Below are positions 25,690-37,895 of a stretch of 64,000 nt of DNA, piece after piece; position 1 is the first letter of the stretch, and every line of letters begins with the position of its first letter. The position numbers and the translations under genes were made by a program. The notes beneath the pieces were generated by a model. The model was not told where the DNA came from. It saw nothing but the letters and a program-made list of their open reading frames with translations, and did not search any database. This DNA comes from Octopus sinensis (taxonomy: Eukaryota). The stretch is from positions 159,774,001-159,838,000 of the forward strand of contig NC_042997.1 of assembly GCF_006345805.1 (NCBI RefSeq). The letters are read 5' to 3'.

Positions 25690-27322
25690 TTATTATTGAA
25701 AAAATGCAAAGTCTTACAGCTGTTTCTAGGATATCCCAGAGTGTGGAATATTCCGTAATCAGAGAAAAATAGGGAAAGTGAGGAGGGTACAGATTAATGA
25801 AATGACAATATAGATGGCAATAGTAAAGGAATAAGGAGATGAAGAGAGAAAAGAAGAAAGAAACAAAAAAGTTCACAGCTCAATTTTCCGATCTTGTAGA
25901 AACAAGTGCATAAGTCTTTCGGTGCAATTCTACGTAGATCTAAGTTGGTTAAAGTCCTGATATTGTAAACATCCAGAAAAGGCGCGAACATATCAACGTT
26001 CAATAACAGAATGTTAGCGTTATTAAGTGGTAATTAAATACACAAGTAAATGAATAGAAAGAGAGGTAGATAGAGTGAGGGAGAGTTAAGGATTGGCTTT
26101 AGGATGAAGTAAGGCATATAAGTATATAGTGTCTATGAATATAGTGTGCAAGGATACCCGAGAAGATTAGAGAGAGGATGAGGAGATAGAGGAAGATAAC
26201 GTAAAAAATTTAACAAAATAGAGCAATGAAAGAAATTTTAAAAGAGTAGTAGTTGTCAGTGGTGTTCTTCTAGTCTATAGGAGTTGGAGAGAAAATCTAG
26301 TAGTAAATTCTTGTGTCTGTTCTGGCTAAAATCAGTGGCTTTAGAGTTATTTTTAACAATAGGGTTATAGGTGTGTAGGCGGTCGAGAATGAAGGAACTA
26401 ATTGAATGTTAAATTATTTACGAAATTGGAGTTAGAAGGAAATATTAGGGGATTTATTAGTTTATGGTTGAAAGTAAATTAAAGTTGAATTAAAGAATAT
26501 TGATCTCATAAAGTGATAAGGTAAGGTAGATAGAAGAGATATAAGAGATGAGGTAGATAGAAGAGATATAGGAGAGATAGAAGAGATATAGAGAGGTATG
26601 TGTTAATGATCACCGGAGTTTGTATGTGGGTGTCATTCGTGGGAGGTGAACTTACATTTAGATTTATGAAAGACTTTAAAAGCGTGGAAGAATTTATGCT
26701 TACACCTAGCGAAGTCTTCGTTGTGTTTATTAAGCAATTGTGATGAGTTACAGGTTAACATGTTGAGGGTTTCTTTTAAGCACACTCCACAAATGGAGTG
26801 TTGGTCCTGATACGGGATATCCGAGTCTATTATTGCTCAGGAAAGTTTATATTGTATTTTTCTATTAATTAGATGGTGTACGTAGCTGGCTAGTTACATG
26901 GATTTGTTATTCCCTTTATATCTAAACGAGTTTAAATGTGGATGATATCTTTGTTTAAAAAATGTAGTAGATCCACTGCAGTAGCTAAAGAAGTTATTTT
27001 CTATGTTGCGAACGGTGCATTAGTATACGACGTTGAATCTTCTGCATTGGGCTTGCAGCGGGCAGTCTCGCCCGGATCAGCAATTGCAGCTGTCAATTCT
27101 ACGATAGTTAATTGGGGATAGAGATGAAGTAGTGCTGGTAGTAGCTAGCGTAGTATTAGTTGAATTGATCGTAATATTGCTGTTATTATTGCTGTCATTT
27201 CTACTATTAATATCAACACAAGCGTTACTATTATTATTATTATTGTCTCTACCGTTATCGGCATCGTTGTTATAAATATTGTCATTACCATTAGTAGTAG
27301 TAGTTGTAGTAGTAGTAGTAGT

Positions 27323-27378
<56 letters not shown>

Positions 27379-28100
27379 TGTAGTAGTTGTTGTTGTGGTG
27401 GTGGTGGTGGTGGTGGCAGCAATAGCAGCAGCAGGTGCGGTAGTAGTATCATTGGTAGTAATGTTAGTATTAGCAGTGGTAGAGGAGGTGGTATTAGTTA
27501 TGTTATTATTGCAACTATTTGTAGTAGCGTTTGTGGTTGGAGTGCTAGTAGTATTATTATTTACAGTAATGGTAATGTTGTCGTTGGTGCTAGTATTAAT
27601 ATTATTGCTAGTCCTATTAGTAGTTGAAGTATATGTATTATTAGTTGTAGTGGTTATAATATAGTTAGTATTGTTAGTATCAGCGTGCCTGTTAATGTTT
27701 TCCTCAGTTTCAGCTGTGCGCCCATTACTCTCCGAGGAGGGGACTATATTGTGTATGCTTAAGTTGTTTAAAGTAGTCGAGCCAGGGGCATTAGATATGT
27801 TATTGCGATAGCGTTTTCATTGTGTAGGTCTATGGTATGCATTTAGATTGTAAGAGCTAGGTTTACGTTTGTTAGATGAGGTGATAATTGATTCTATATT
27901 TGGTGTAGATAAATAATTTCAAAGTGGATCTGTTAAAGATAGAATAGTACTTATGGTTACGTGGGCAATTAGATTCTACTATTTTAAAGAATGCTTTAGC
28001 GGGGCCCTTAACATTTCAAGCCAATGGAGACTAGATCCCCCGCCGCTTTTATTAGGCACGTGTGAGGAGGTGTAATTCCTAGTAAATGTTAGAGGAGAGT
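25690..28100 (-). mobile_element. Penelope-like element 3' half (thumb, Asn/Thr-rich linker, GIY-YIG endonuclease, terminal repeat); copy B ~58901-61275
   Basis: HKYYSIFNRSTLKL; CNC*SGRDCPLQAQCRRFNVVY*CTV...FKQRYHPHLNSF...CGVCLKE...LLNK...CKH; degenerate hammerhead at 25712-25765. Confidence 0.8.
25712..25765 (-). ncRNA. Degenerate hammerhead motif, G8 changed to U (also at 58923-58976)
   Basis: TCT-CTGATTA-CGGAATATTCC...GGGATATCCTA-GAAA-C-AGCT-GTA|AGA. Confidence 0.6.
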
Positions 28101-28139
28101 TGGAAAGTCTAGTATTAGTATTTATACAAAACTATTTGA

Positions 28140-29830
28140 TTAAATATTCTACTTTATTTCTTTTTTCTTTCTTCTTTCTTTCTGATTTTATTCTATTTTT
28201 TCGTCTTTTTCTTTTCCCTTGTTATAAAATTAAACTTAAAGACGAATGATGTCATTCCATCAACGCGTGGGGGCTGGTTGCTTTCCTTCATACATTAAAT
28301 TTTAATTTCTATAATTTTGAATTTTGAACTCGACAAAGACAGGCTAAATTTCATTCAACCAATAAACTATCTATTACAATCCAATCGGGCTCTTCGTCTT
28401 AACTGTTTACCTTTGTGAAGAGTTACATAAATTCTTTTAATATATCAAAATCGATTAGATTGAGATGACCGATTTTATGGTACACAGAATAACAATAGGA
28501 ACACATAGAAATTCTGGAAGTTACCAAAGCAACCGGATGTCTAAAGAAAATCTTAATGTAAATTATAGTTTTTGTGTTTTATTCCTTCTTACAGGTAGCT
28601 TGTCAGCCCTGTTACTTTCACTAGACCCCAGTGTTGAGCCCAATCCTGGGCCAATGGATTTTGTACCATTTAAATACGAATCAGAAATAGAGAAATTGTG
28701 TGCATCAATGTGTGCATCAAAGACTAGCGATTCATTGCTTCGAAAGCTTAAATTAATTGGTGAGAGCAATTCATTTAACATAATGGAAGCAATTATTGAA
28801 AACTATCGTTCAAAATTAATATTGCTGGGTGTAGACAATAAAGCTAATAACGGATAAGGGAGGCGTTATCGAAATTATGGACAGAAGTGAGTATATTTCG
28901 CTTAAGAAGAATTTTTAAATGACAAAACTTCATATGAAAAATTAACTGTCGATCCAAACCCCAATTACAGAGAGGAACTTGACAAAATAATTCTGGAAAT
29001 GGAAGAAAACAATTTCATTAATAAGGTCAAATCAAGGATTTTACAGTCAGAAAGAAGAACACCTGTATTTTATGGTCTCCCTACAGTACACAAACATTCG
29101 AAAGAATTCCTTTCATGCGCCCAATTTGCAGCGGATATGAATGATAACAGAAATGTTGATTTATACAGAAGGTGGAACATGTAAAGATTTCCATTTGGTG
29201 TACGCAGCAGAATGCATGAAACACAACTTGATTGATGTTGGTTGTGCAACAGAACAATTAAACAAAAGATTTAATGGGCACAGATATGACGTCAGACACA
29301 ATAACAGTAGTTCAACAGAACTTGCTGAACATTTTGCTTCAAACGGCTGCAATTTTGAAAAAGACTTGAAAGTACATATTCTCAGAAAATATTCTGAATC
29401 TGCTTCATTTTCTCTTCTCAAAATGCATGGGGAGAAATATGTTTGCGGATTATTAACATCAGGCCCTGGAGGAATGAAGAAAGTGATACGAGAATATCAT
29501 CAAATTTATTCAAAACTGTTTACTTAAATATTTTTTTCTTTCCTCATTTTTTTTCAGTTCTTTTCTGCCTTTTTCTTTTCGCTTGTTATAAAATTGAAAC
29601 TTAAAGACTGATGAGGTCATTTCATCAACATGTGGCCGCTGGTTGCTCTCGTTCATACATTAAATTTAAATTTCTATAATTTTGAATTTTTATCACTTCT
29701 TATTTTGAACTCGACAAATACAGGTTTACTGTCGAAATATCGTTCAACCAATAAACTATCTATTACAATCGAATCGCGCTTTTCGTCTTGGCTGTTTAAC
29801 TTTGTGAAGAGTTACGTCAATCCTTTTGAA
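28140..29830 (+). mobile_element. Internally deleted Penelope-like element between two direct ~300-bp terminal repeats
   Basis: Repeats at ~28140-28440 and ~29525-29830; RT start DKGGVIEIMDRSEY and FYGLPTVHK...MRPICS joined directly to GIY-YIG LVYAAEC-x5-(D/Y)VGC...LNKRFNGH; 2A-like motif at 28633-28653. Confidence 0.85.
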
Positions 29831-30171
29831 AGATTATTATTAATATTATCATTTTTATTATTATTATTGAAATAAAAATAGAAGTAATAATTTTAACGCA
29901 TGCGCGCGCACACTTAATCATACGCACGTAATAAACATGTCTATACTGAGTATTCCAGACGCATCTTAATATTATCCTGATATTGTCCTTTATACACCCT
30001 GATGATCCTTCATACAAGGTACTTAAAATGCGAAATTATATATTTATACATGTTTTGTAATTTTAATTTTGCTTCTGAAATGAAACAACTGTAGGTGAAT
30101 ATGTTAATTAATCAATAAATTTATTTGTATCCATTAGATCTCTCAGTTTTCTAACTCGATAAAAATATTTG

Positions 30172-30230
<59 letters not shown>

Positions 30231-30233
<3 letters not shown>

Positions 30234-30520
30234 TGGATTATCCATCGAAGACGATGAATGAGGGTTCAGCAAATAACCTTCAACAATTCCTAACGCTTGC
30301 GACACCGCATGCGTACCTCAATCCACCAGATGTCTTGCAAACTTTCTCACAAATGGTACACTTGCACGTATTCATTGGATCAAAATGTCTTTTTGAGTGG
30401 ACAGCTAACCCAGCTTTGCTTAGTGCTTTGAACCCACAGTGACACACACAGTCATTGTTTGGTGGATTTTGCTGATATATACTTACCCTTCACCCAACGG
30501 TAGGTGGTGTATATACGCTT
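30231..30520 (-). mobile_element. RTE-clade LINE 3' end with C2H2-like fingers, ending at (TA)n; copy B ~63357-63640
   Basis: CHCGFKALSKAGLAVHSKRH and CTICEKVCKTSGGL; 3' end ...ATCGTCTTCGATGG then (TA)n. Confidence 0.65.
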
Positions 30521-31647
30521 GTTGTCAACCTTTACGCTTTTGCCCGCGGTTGTAGATTTCATTACTAATTCAGTTCTCAACCAAATTGAATGGAGTTTGT
30601 TTTAGCAATGATGGTACAGTACTAAAATACGTTTGGATATAAAATAATTGAAATTTGGTTCATTAAAAGAAATAGTTAGATTATGATATGTGAGGGCAGG
30701 AACTGGTGTAAAGCGAAAAGTTAACTTTGAATTAAAATATTTCAATTATTTTAAAAGTAAAGTGGCTTTCAAAGAATGTGCTCAATAAGAATTATCTTTT
30801 GCTGAAAACTTCATTTAAACATTATTCATTTAAAAATAGTTAGCTGTGAAAAATGTAGTGTGACATTAAGTCACAAAAAATGGTAATTCCAAAATTTGAA
30901 TTTGTATCAGAATATCTCAGCTATCATAAGCGTAATCTACACAACGGTGGTGTTCAAATGAAATAACTCTATGAATAGGAATCTTATTCTGAAAAGTTCG
31001 TCGAAAAATATTCATAACGAGAAGTATATTTTGGATGGGCGACAATGGTGATCATTCTAACAAATCAATATATTTTTGTCATTGTAAACTATTTAACGTT
31101 ATAAAGGCCATTTTGAAAAAATCCTGATTTGACAACATCAAGGACTGAAGAGATCACAATACAATGAACATACTACACATGACAGATTACCACTAAACCG
31201 TACAGAATTTTACCCCAACTACTGGCTGTATTAGTTAAGGGGACTTTGGCAATGATGAGTCCTGTGAAAGACAGTATTTGATGTCAAGGACTCATTTAGC
31301 CTGATAGCACAGGGGTGTTAGTCGGAATTTTAGAGCGACAAGTTTCGAATGTCTGTAGCGCCGTGCTGGCCACCTTTATAAGCTGTTGTTACAATTATTC
31401 TGCGTTCGAGCTGTGGAGTGGTGCTTTTTTATTCATGAAGTTCTGTTTCCTTCCTAAATGAAAATAATTCAGCTGATTGATGTCTTAAAAGCATCGATCT
31501 CATATTTGTTGAAAGTTGAAGTGTTTTCACGTGATGCCATAATACAGAAGACTTTATTGAAGCATTGAGCTGAATACTTAAAAAAACATAACAATACAAA
31601 TAACCTATAAGCCATAAAACTCATAAAGAAAATGGAAGATGCGAAAA

Positions 31648-31762
31648 AACCTACATATATGTTTCAGTTCGAACCCCTAGTTGATATGCAATTCTAAGCA
31701 TTTGATAATATACTAAGAATCGTATCATTTTTAATCATACGGGGCAGAACTTCTTCAGGCTT
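31648..31762 (-). ncRNA. Type I hammerhead motif with a long loop 2
   Basis: AAGC-CTGAAGA-AGTTC...GAACT-GAAA-C-ATATAT-GTA|GGTT; one mismatch in stem I. Confidence 0.7.
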
Positions 31763-32102
31763 ATTATGAGCTTATAGAACTTCGGTTAATATTTTCCTTT
31801 GAAGGATGCATAGAGAATATTAATAAGTTTAAGAAGTTCGATCCTATATATAATATAAGTGTATCTAGGTGGTGAGTTATAGATATTAGTGAAGATGCTA
31901 TATAATACAAAATAGATAAAGTAAATAAAAATTAATTTTAAAAACAAAAAATTAAAATAATCTAAAATAAAATGCTTGTAAAGAAAGAAGATAAAAAGGG
32001 ATAAAAATAAAATCAATAATAGAAATTAAATAAAAAATATATATATGCAAAACATATATAGTATATATATATATGGGCAGCTGCTGAGCAAAAATCTTTT
32101 TT

Positions 32103-34306
32103 GTGCATGGCACAAAAGATTGTACAGCAGCTGACCTGGCTTCATCAAACCCAAGCTCGCAGGTGGGACTACACACAATATACAAGACCACCACAGCAAA
32201 CAGACCCAAGATGGACACCGCCGGGAACAACATACACCTCACCTCGATGCTCCTACTGAACATCAGAGGACTGCAAACACTCAGTAACAGGACAAAAATC
32301 CCGTTCTTGAGAGACTTTGTCGCATGCAATCAAGCCTTATGCATAGCACTTACGGAAACGCACCTGAAACCGGACATAGCAGATGCGGAATTACACATAC
32401 CACAGTATGTTGTACTACGGACCGACAGAAAAGAAAGGAGTCATAGAGGAGTTGCTATATACATCCGTGAGGACCTCACACCCCAGGTCCTTTTGTCATA
32501 CTCAAACTCGGTGTGTGACACACTAATTGTACATATAAGGCAAATTGATGTAGTTATGTGTGCTACATATCGCCCTCCAGATGCCCCAAGCCATGTGGGC
32601 AAGTTTGAAGACTGCCTTATAAAAATAGAAGTTCTAATCACATTAGAACAACACATAAGTGTACTTCTTATGGGAGACTTCAATCTACCCAATGTCAGAT
32701 GGCCCGAGGGTCTTTCTCTCCCAGGAATGACAAGATGTGAACGAGGACAGGCGAGTTCCCTCCTGAACCTCATCAACACCCTGTACATGGAGCAAGTAAT
32801 AAAAATAGAAGAAGTTCTAACCACATTAGAACAACACATAAGTGTACTTCTTATGGGAGACTTCAATCTGCCAAATGTCAGATGGCCCGAGGGCCTTTCT
32901 CTCCCAGGAATGACAAGATGTGAACGAGGACAGGCGAGGTCCCTCCTGAACCTCATCAACACCCTGTACATGGAGCAGGTAATACTCCAACCAACCAGGG
33001 CAGGTAACACACTGGATCTCTGCTTCACAAATGACATGGATCTCATCCATAATGTGAAAGTGACACCGACACTACTCTCGGATCACAACATGGTAGAGCT
33101 GACCATGTACGGGCCAAAAGAGAGCACGGACATGCAGCCTACAAGAAACCCTCAGAATCTTTCCAGCTTGAACTACCATAAGGCAAACTGGAAACAAATT
33201 GAGAAAGAGATCCTCAAACAAGACTGGCCTAAATGTCTCTCCTCGCCAGACATCGACGTGAAACTTCAACAATTCATGTCTGTAACGCAAGCCATATGCT
33301 ACAAATGTGTCCCAGAGAGAAAGGCCACTGTACACAAGAACAGAATCCCCAGAGAGGGGAGGACTTTAATGACACGGCGTACAAAAATTTCAAATCGCCT
33401 AAACAAACAGATTGAAATCAGTGAAAAGTCCCGCCTGAAAATAAAACTTGGAAATTGAAAAATGTCTGCAACTCTCCCATGAAAAGGAAAGAGCAGACAA
33501 AGAAGCCTGGGCTATAGACAACATAAAATCTAACCCCAGAGCTTTCTACAGGTATGCCAAAGAAACAGCTACGGTGCACTGTAGGATAGGGCCACTCCTT
33601 GAAAAGGATGGCACACTCACAGGAAAACCAATGAGGGTAAGTGAAATACTGAATGAGCAATTCAAGAGTGTTTTCACTCCACCCCTCGGGCATTTCCAAA
33701 TCACCAATCCAACTGACTTCTTTACCACTGCAGATATAAAATCAGAGGCGGCGACGATAAATTACATCGATATAAAGGAAGACGATGTAATAAAGGCCAT
33801 AGATGAAATGAAAACAGACTCAGCTATTGGCCCCGATGGATTCCCGGCAATCCTCCTAAAAGTATGTAAGAGAGTCCTAGCAAGACCACTGCAGATCCTC
33901 TTTCAGAGCTTCCTTGCAGCTGGAAAACTTCCAAAAAAACTGAAGGAAGGTAGGAGGTAGCAGAGCAGAGGCCAAGAACTACAGACCTATCTCTCTCACC
34001 TCACACATCAGCAAGGTCATGGAACGAATAGTCAGAAGGAAACTAATCACCTTCCTTGAAGAAAATGACTTGCTGCCCGACACCCAACATGGTTTCCGAC
34101 CAGGAAGAAGCTGCTTAACTCAGTTCCTACAACACTATGACTGGGTGCTGAAACAACTGCTCAACCACTCAAATGTGGAAGTCATATATCTCGACTTTGC
34201 AAAGGCCTTTGATAAAGTCGATCATGGAATGATATGGCACAAACTGCGTGATCTTGGCAATGTTGGAAAATTGGGAGAATGGCTTCATGACTTTCTGAAG
34301 AATAGA
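32103..34306 (+). mobile_element. CR1/Jockey-group LINE pseudo-ORF2 (APE endonuclease plus N-terminal RT), 3'-truncated
   Basis: LLNIRG, LTETHL, GDFN, TLDLCFTN, SDHN; GPDG, NYRPISLTS, QHGFRPGRSC, YLDFAKAFDKV; frameshift near 33450 and a deletion near 33950; cut at 34307 by a SINE. Confidence 0.92.
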
Positions 34307-34672
34307 ACATGGTTCCGGGTTCAGTCCCACTGCGTGGCATCTTGGGCAAGTGTCTTCTACTATAGCCTAGGGCCGACCAAAGCCTTGTGAGTGGATTTGG
34401 TAGACGGAAACTGAAAGAAGCCTGTCGTATATATGTATATATATATATATGTGTGTGTGTGTGTTTGTGTCTCTGTGTTTGTCCCCCTAGCATTGCTTGA
34501 CAACCGATGCTGGTGTGTTTGTGTCCCCGTTAATTAGCGGTTCGGCAAAAAGAGACCGATTGAATAAGTACTGGGCTTACAAAAGAATAAGTCCCGGGGT
34601 CGAGTTGCTTGATTTAAGGCGGTGCTCCAGCATGGCCGCAGTCAAATGACTGAAACATGTAAAAGATAAAAG
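34307..34672 (+). mobile_element. 5'-truncated tRNA-derived SINE (octopus type)
   Basis: B-box-like GGTTCAGTCCC, internal (TA)/(TG) run, terminal hairpin CAGTCA-AA-TGACTG; same family as 39654-40610. Confidence 0.85.
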
Positions 34673-35105
34673 AGTAACAGAGTATAGAATTTAGATAAAA
34701 GGAAATATAAATAGTATAAAATATGAACAAAAATAAAATATATATAATATAAATTTTAGATAAAAAGTAAAGTAATAATACTAACTAAAATCATTATATA
34801 AGAAAATAAATGAAGGATAGATTAGATGAAAAATTTATTATTCATCGGTTATAAATAAAACTAGATTATTCCTATTGGTTTGGTAATAGATACAGTTCAG
34901 GAAAACTAAGGATGGTCTCATATATAAGCGTCATATTTGAAATCAAGCATAGATGAAAGTTTGAAGAAATTGATCGTTATGCTATGTATTTTTTATGCCT
35001 TACTTATAAACCATTATTTATCAATATATACAAAATATGTATTTAAATCAATGTGTTTACACATTGTCACATCTATATTTTCCCATACTTACACGTATTT
35101 ATTTG

Positions 35106-35175
<70 letters not shown>

Positions 35176-35252
35176 ATACATATAAGTATGTATGTATATA
35201 TATATCTATATATATGTGTGTGTGTGTATATATATATGCATACATATATATA

Positions 35253-35820
35253 TGTGAAAGATGTTATAGAAATAAAGATAGAAGTATAGTTGTCAATATT
35301 ACAGAATTAAGATATTAAGTACTTGCTGTTGAGAAGAATATTGAATACTCCGTTCCAGGAAAATGAATTGGAAAAAGTTACGTTTTCAAAAGGCTGAATA
35401 ATTAACAATGTAGGGGCGTTAAAGCTGAGACAAAGTCGTAAGAATGTATTTTCTAAGTGTTATAATTATCGGTATTACATTCACAATTCACTATTACCTT
35501 ATATCCGTTATGGATTTCCCACTTCCTTCATGCCAAACTGGATTCGCAATTCTTATTCTATTTTTTTAATTATTTATACATAAACATAATCAACCTACTA
35601 AATACCGATAATTGTAACTTTCTTTAAAAAACAGTCTTACGACTTTGTCTCAGCTTTATTTCTCCTACATTGTTAATTACTTAGCTTTTTGAATACCTAA
35701 AATTTTCATTTTCATTTTCCTGGAACGGTTCTTTTCAGTATTTTAACCCCAGCAATTACTTACTATCTTAATTCTGTAATATTTAAAACTATACTTCTAT
35801 TTTTATTTCTGTACCTTACA
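35253..35820. mobile_element. Old foldback/MITE with ~200-bp imperfect inverted arms
   Basis: ~35253-35455 matches the reverse complement of ~35622-35820 at roughly 80%. Confidence 0.75.
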
Positions 35821-36611
35821 TTTCATTCACACAAATGAATATAATTTTTTACACTAAAATGTTTTTTCTATTATATAGTGCTATTTTCTAACAATTTCGT
35901 TCTTTTCTTTTGTATTCAAGTAGGCTAATAAAAACTATATTAATTAGCTTTCATTTTAATTTTTGCACAAAAATTTCATATTTAAAAGAAATAGCTTCTT
36001 TAAATATACACCATACCTTATATTACTGACATATTACTTATAACTGTCAAGCCATATCCTAATTCAAATATAACTATGCTGTCCCATTGAACATCTATGT
36101 CTTATTTCTTTTGATAAATGCTTTATTTCGAGTGAATATTACATTTCTTATTTTCATATAGAGGGAATGTTTCTTAAACATCTTTCATTTATATTTTCAA
36201 ATAACCGTTGACCGCATCAGTTTCAGTTTTTTCACAACTAGATTCAACAGCGTTTTTTTTAGTCTGCTTTTGATCTTTCATAAGGATAAGTATGTATATC
36301 CCAATATGTTATTTTTCTACTTCCTCCATCAAGTCTTCTGTAACAATAATAATAATTTCTTGAAACATTCTTTTTTGCATTAAGGAGAACAGTAATATGA
36401 AATTACTTTAATTTAATAAATTTCCAATTATTCTACTATGTTATCTGCATGTTATTATTGCTGTGCGAAACGATCGTATGCATGAGTTAAAATTCTTTTT
36501 AAATTTTTAAATCTCTTCATCTTTAATAGTTTGTTCAGTTTGTAAGGGGTACATTTCCATAAATTCTTATCACAAACCATAGTTATGTACATATACATAA
36601 GTATATGCATG

Positions 36612-36664
<53 letters not shown>

Positions 36665-36739
36665 TGTGTGTGTGTGTGTGTTACGTTTATATATTTGTTG
36701 TGCAAGATTTTTTATGTGAAGTCGTGTGTTGAAACAGAC

Positions 36740-37111
36740 ATTGTTGTATTTCGGAATGGTCATTTTGCCAGTTTAGCCAATAAAAACACACGCACTATAT
36801 ATTTGGTGTTACTTTGCTTCGGTGTTATTTCTATTGGTTTGGTAATAGATATAGTTACGATCGCATTAATGGTGGTGATTGTGATAGGATGGGGAAAACA
36901 CAGGCGCACAAATATATACATACCTACAAACATACAAGAAAGCAAAGGACCACTGATGCGGTCACAGGAGTGTGACGAAAGAACTCTGGCCGAAATAAGA
37001 TTAAGATTAATGTAAAAAATAAATAACACTGAAGCAAAGTAACACCAAATATATAGTGCGTGTGTTTTTATTGGCTAAACTGGCAAAATAACCATTCCGA
37101 AATACAACAAT
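36740..37111. mobile_element. MITE with 91-bp TIRs (2 mismatches), probably Tc1/mariner type
   Basis: 36740-36830 and 37021-37111 are reverse complements; TA on the right flank, CA on the left. Confidence 0.85.
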
Positions 37112-37690
37112 ATATATATATATTATTTATTCATATATTTATATTTATATATACGCGCAAACAAATGTATACGTATATACACACATGGATATATCAACAC
37201 AATTTGCGTAGCTATAATTACATATATTGAATGTTTTTAATATGTAAATATTATTAGAAAAGATACCACTGGTGGGTCGCAAGGTTTTACAGAACATACA
37301 ATTTTCCATCTAATTTTCAAACGTTCTTCGACTAGTATTACTAAATTCCCCTGGAAATTAAAAGACATTAATATAAGTTTTAAAATTAGATTTAAGATTA
37401 AATGGTCTGCAAATCCTCACCACCCACTTGATAGAATTTGTCAACTCTGTACATCCGAACGCTATAATATTCTTTTTTTAGTAGAAAATTATTAAATGAG
37501 AGGATTAAAAAGTTCTCACCATTCTTACACACTCCTAAATATCTATTTGGTAAATATTATTAACCATTCCTTAAATATTAGTATCACTTATATTTAGGTC
37601 TAGTATTAACCATTTACTAAATTTGATCCTTACTGAATTAGATCCTTGTTAGAACCAGAATTTATATCCATATTCTAATACATATAATAT

Positions 37691-37724
<34 letters not shown>

Positions 37725-37820
37725 CATGTAATATTTTGAATTCGCCTTAAATGGTCCCTTTACATACTGAATACTTGATGGAATTGATTAATAATTAATT
37801 AATTTTACCCTCAATTGTTG

Positions 37821-37895
<75 letters not shown>

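Larger units (their letters stand above)
31590..34915 (-). repeat. Left arm of an inverted Penelope-type terminal repeat, interrupted by the CR1-like LINE and a SINE
   Basis: 31590-32030 and 34680-34915 match the reverse complement of 38685-39420 at roughly 75-85%. Confidence 0.65.

Noticed and set aside
28465-28857. 130-aa ORF as an independent host membrane or secreted protein
   Set aside because: It lies between PLE terminal repeats and leads by frameshift into PLE RT motifs.
29600-29800. Hammerhead in the terminal repeat of the 2A-bearing PLE (AAAGA-CTGATGA-GGTC...)
   Set aside because: The 5' core is present, but I could not place a convincing GAAA, stem III and stem II; the other repeat has lost CTGATGA.
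31252-31304. C/D-box snoRNA (ATGATGA...CTGA) or hammerhead
   Set aside because: Short box spacing, no terminal stem, no recognisable guide, and no GAAA after the stem.
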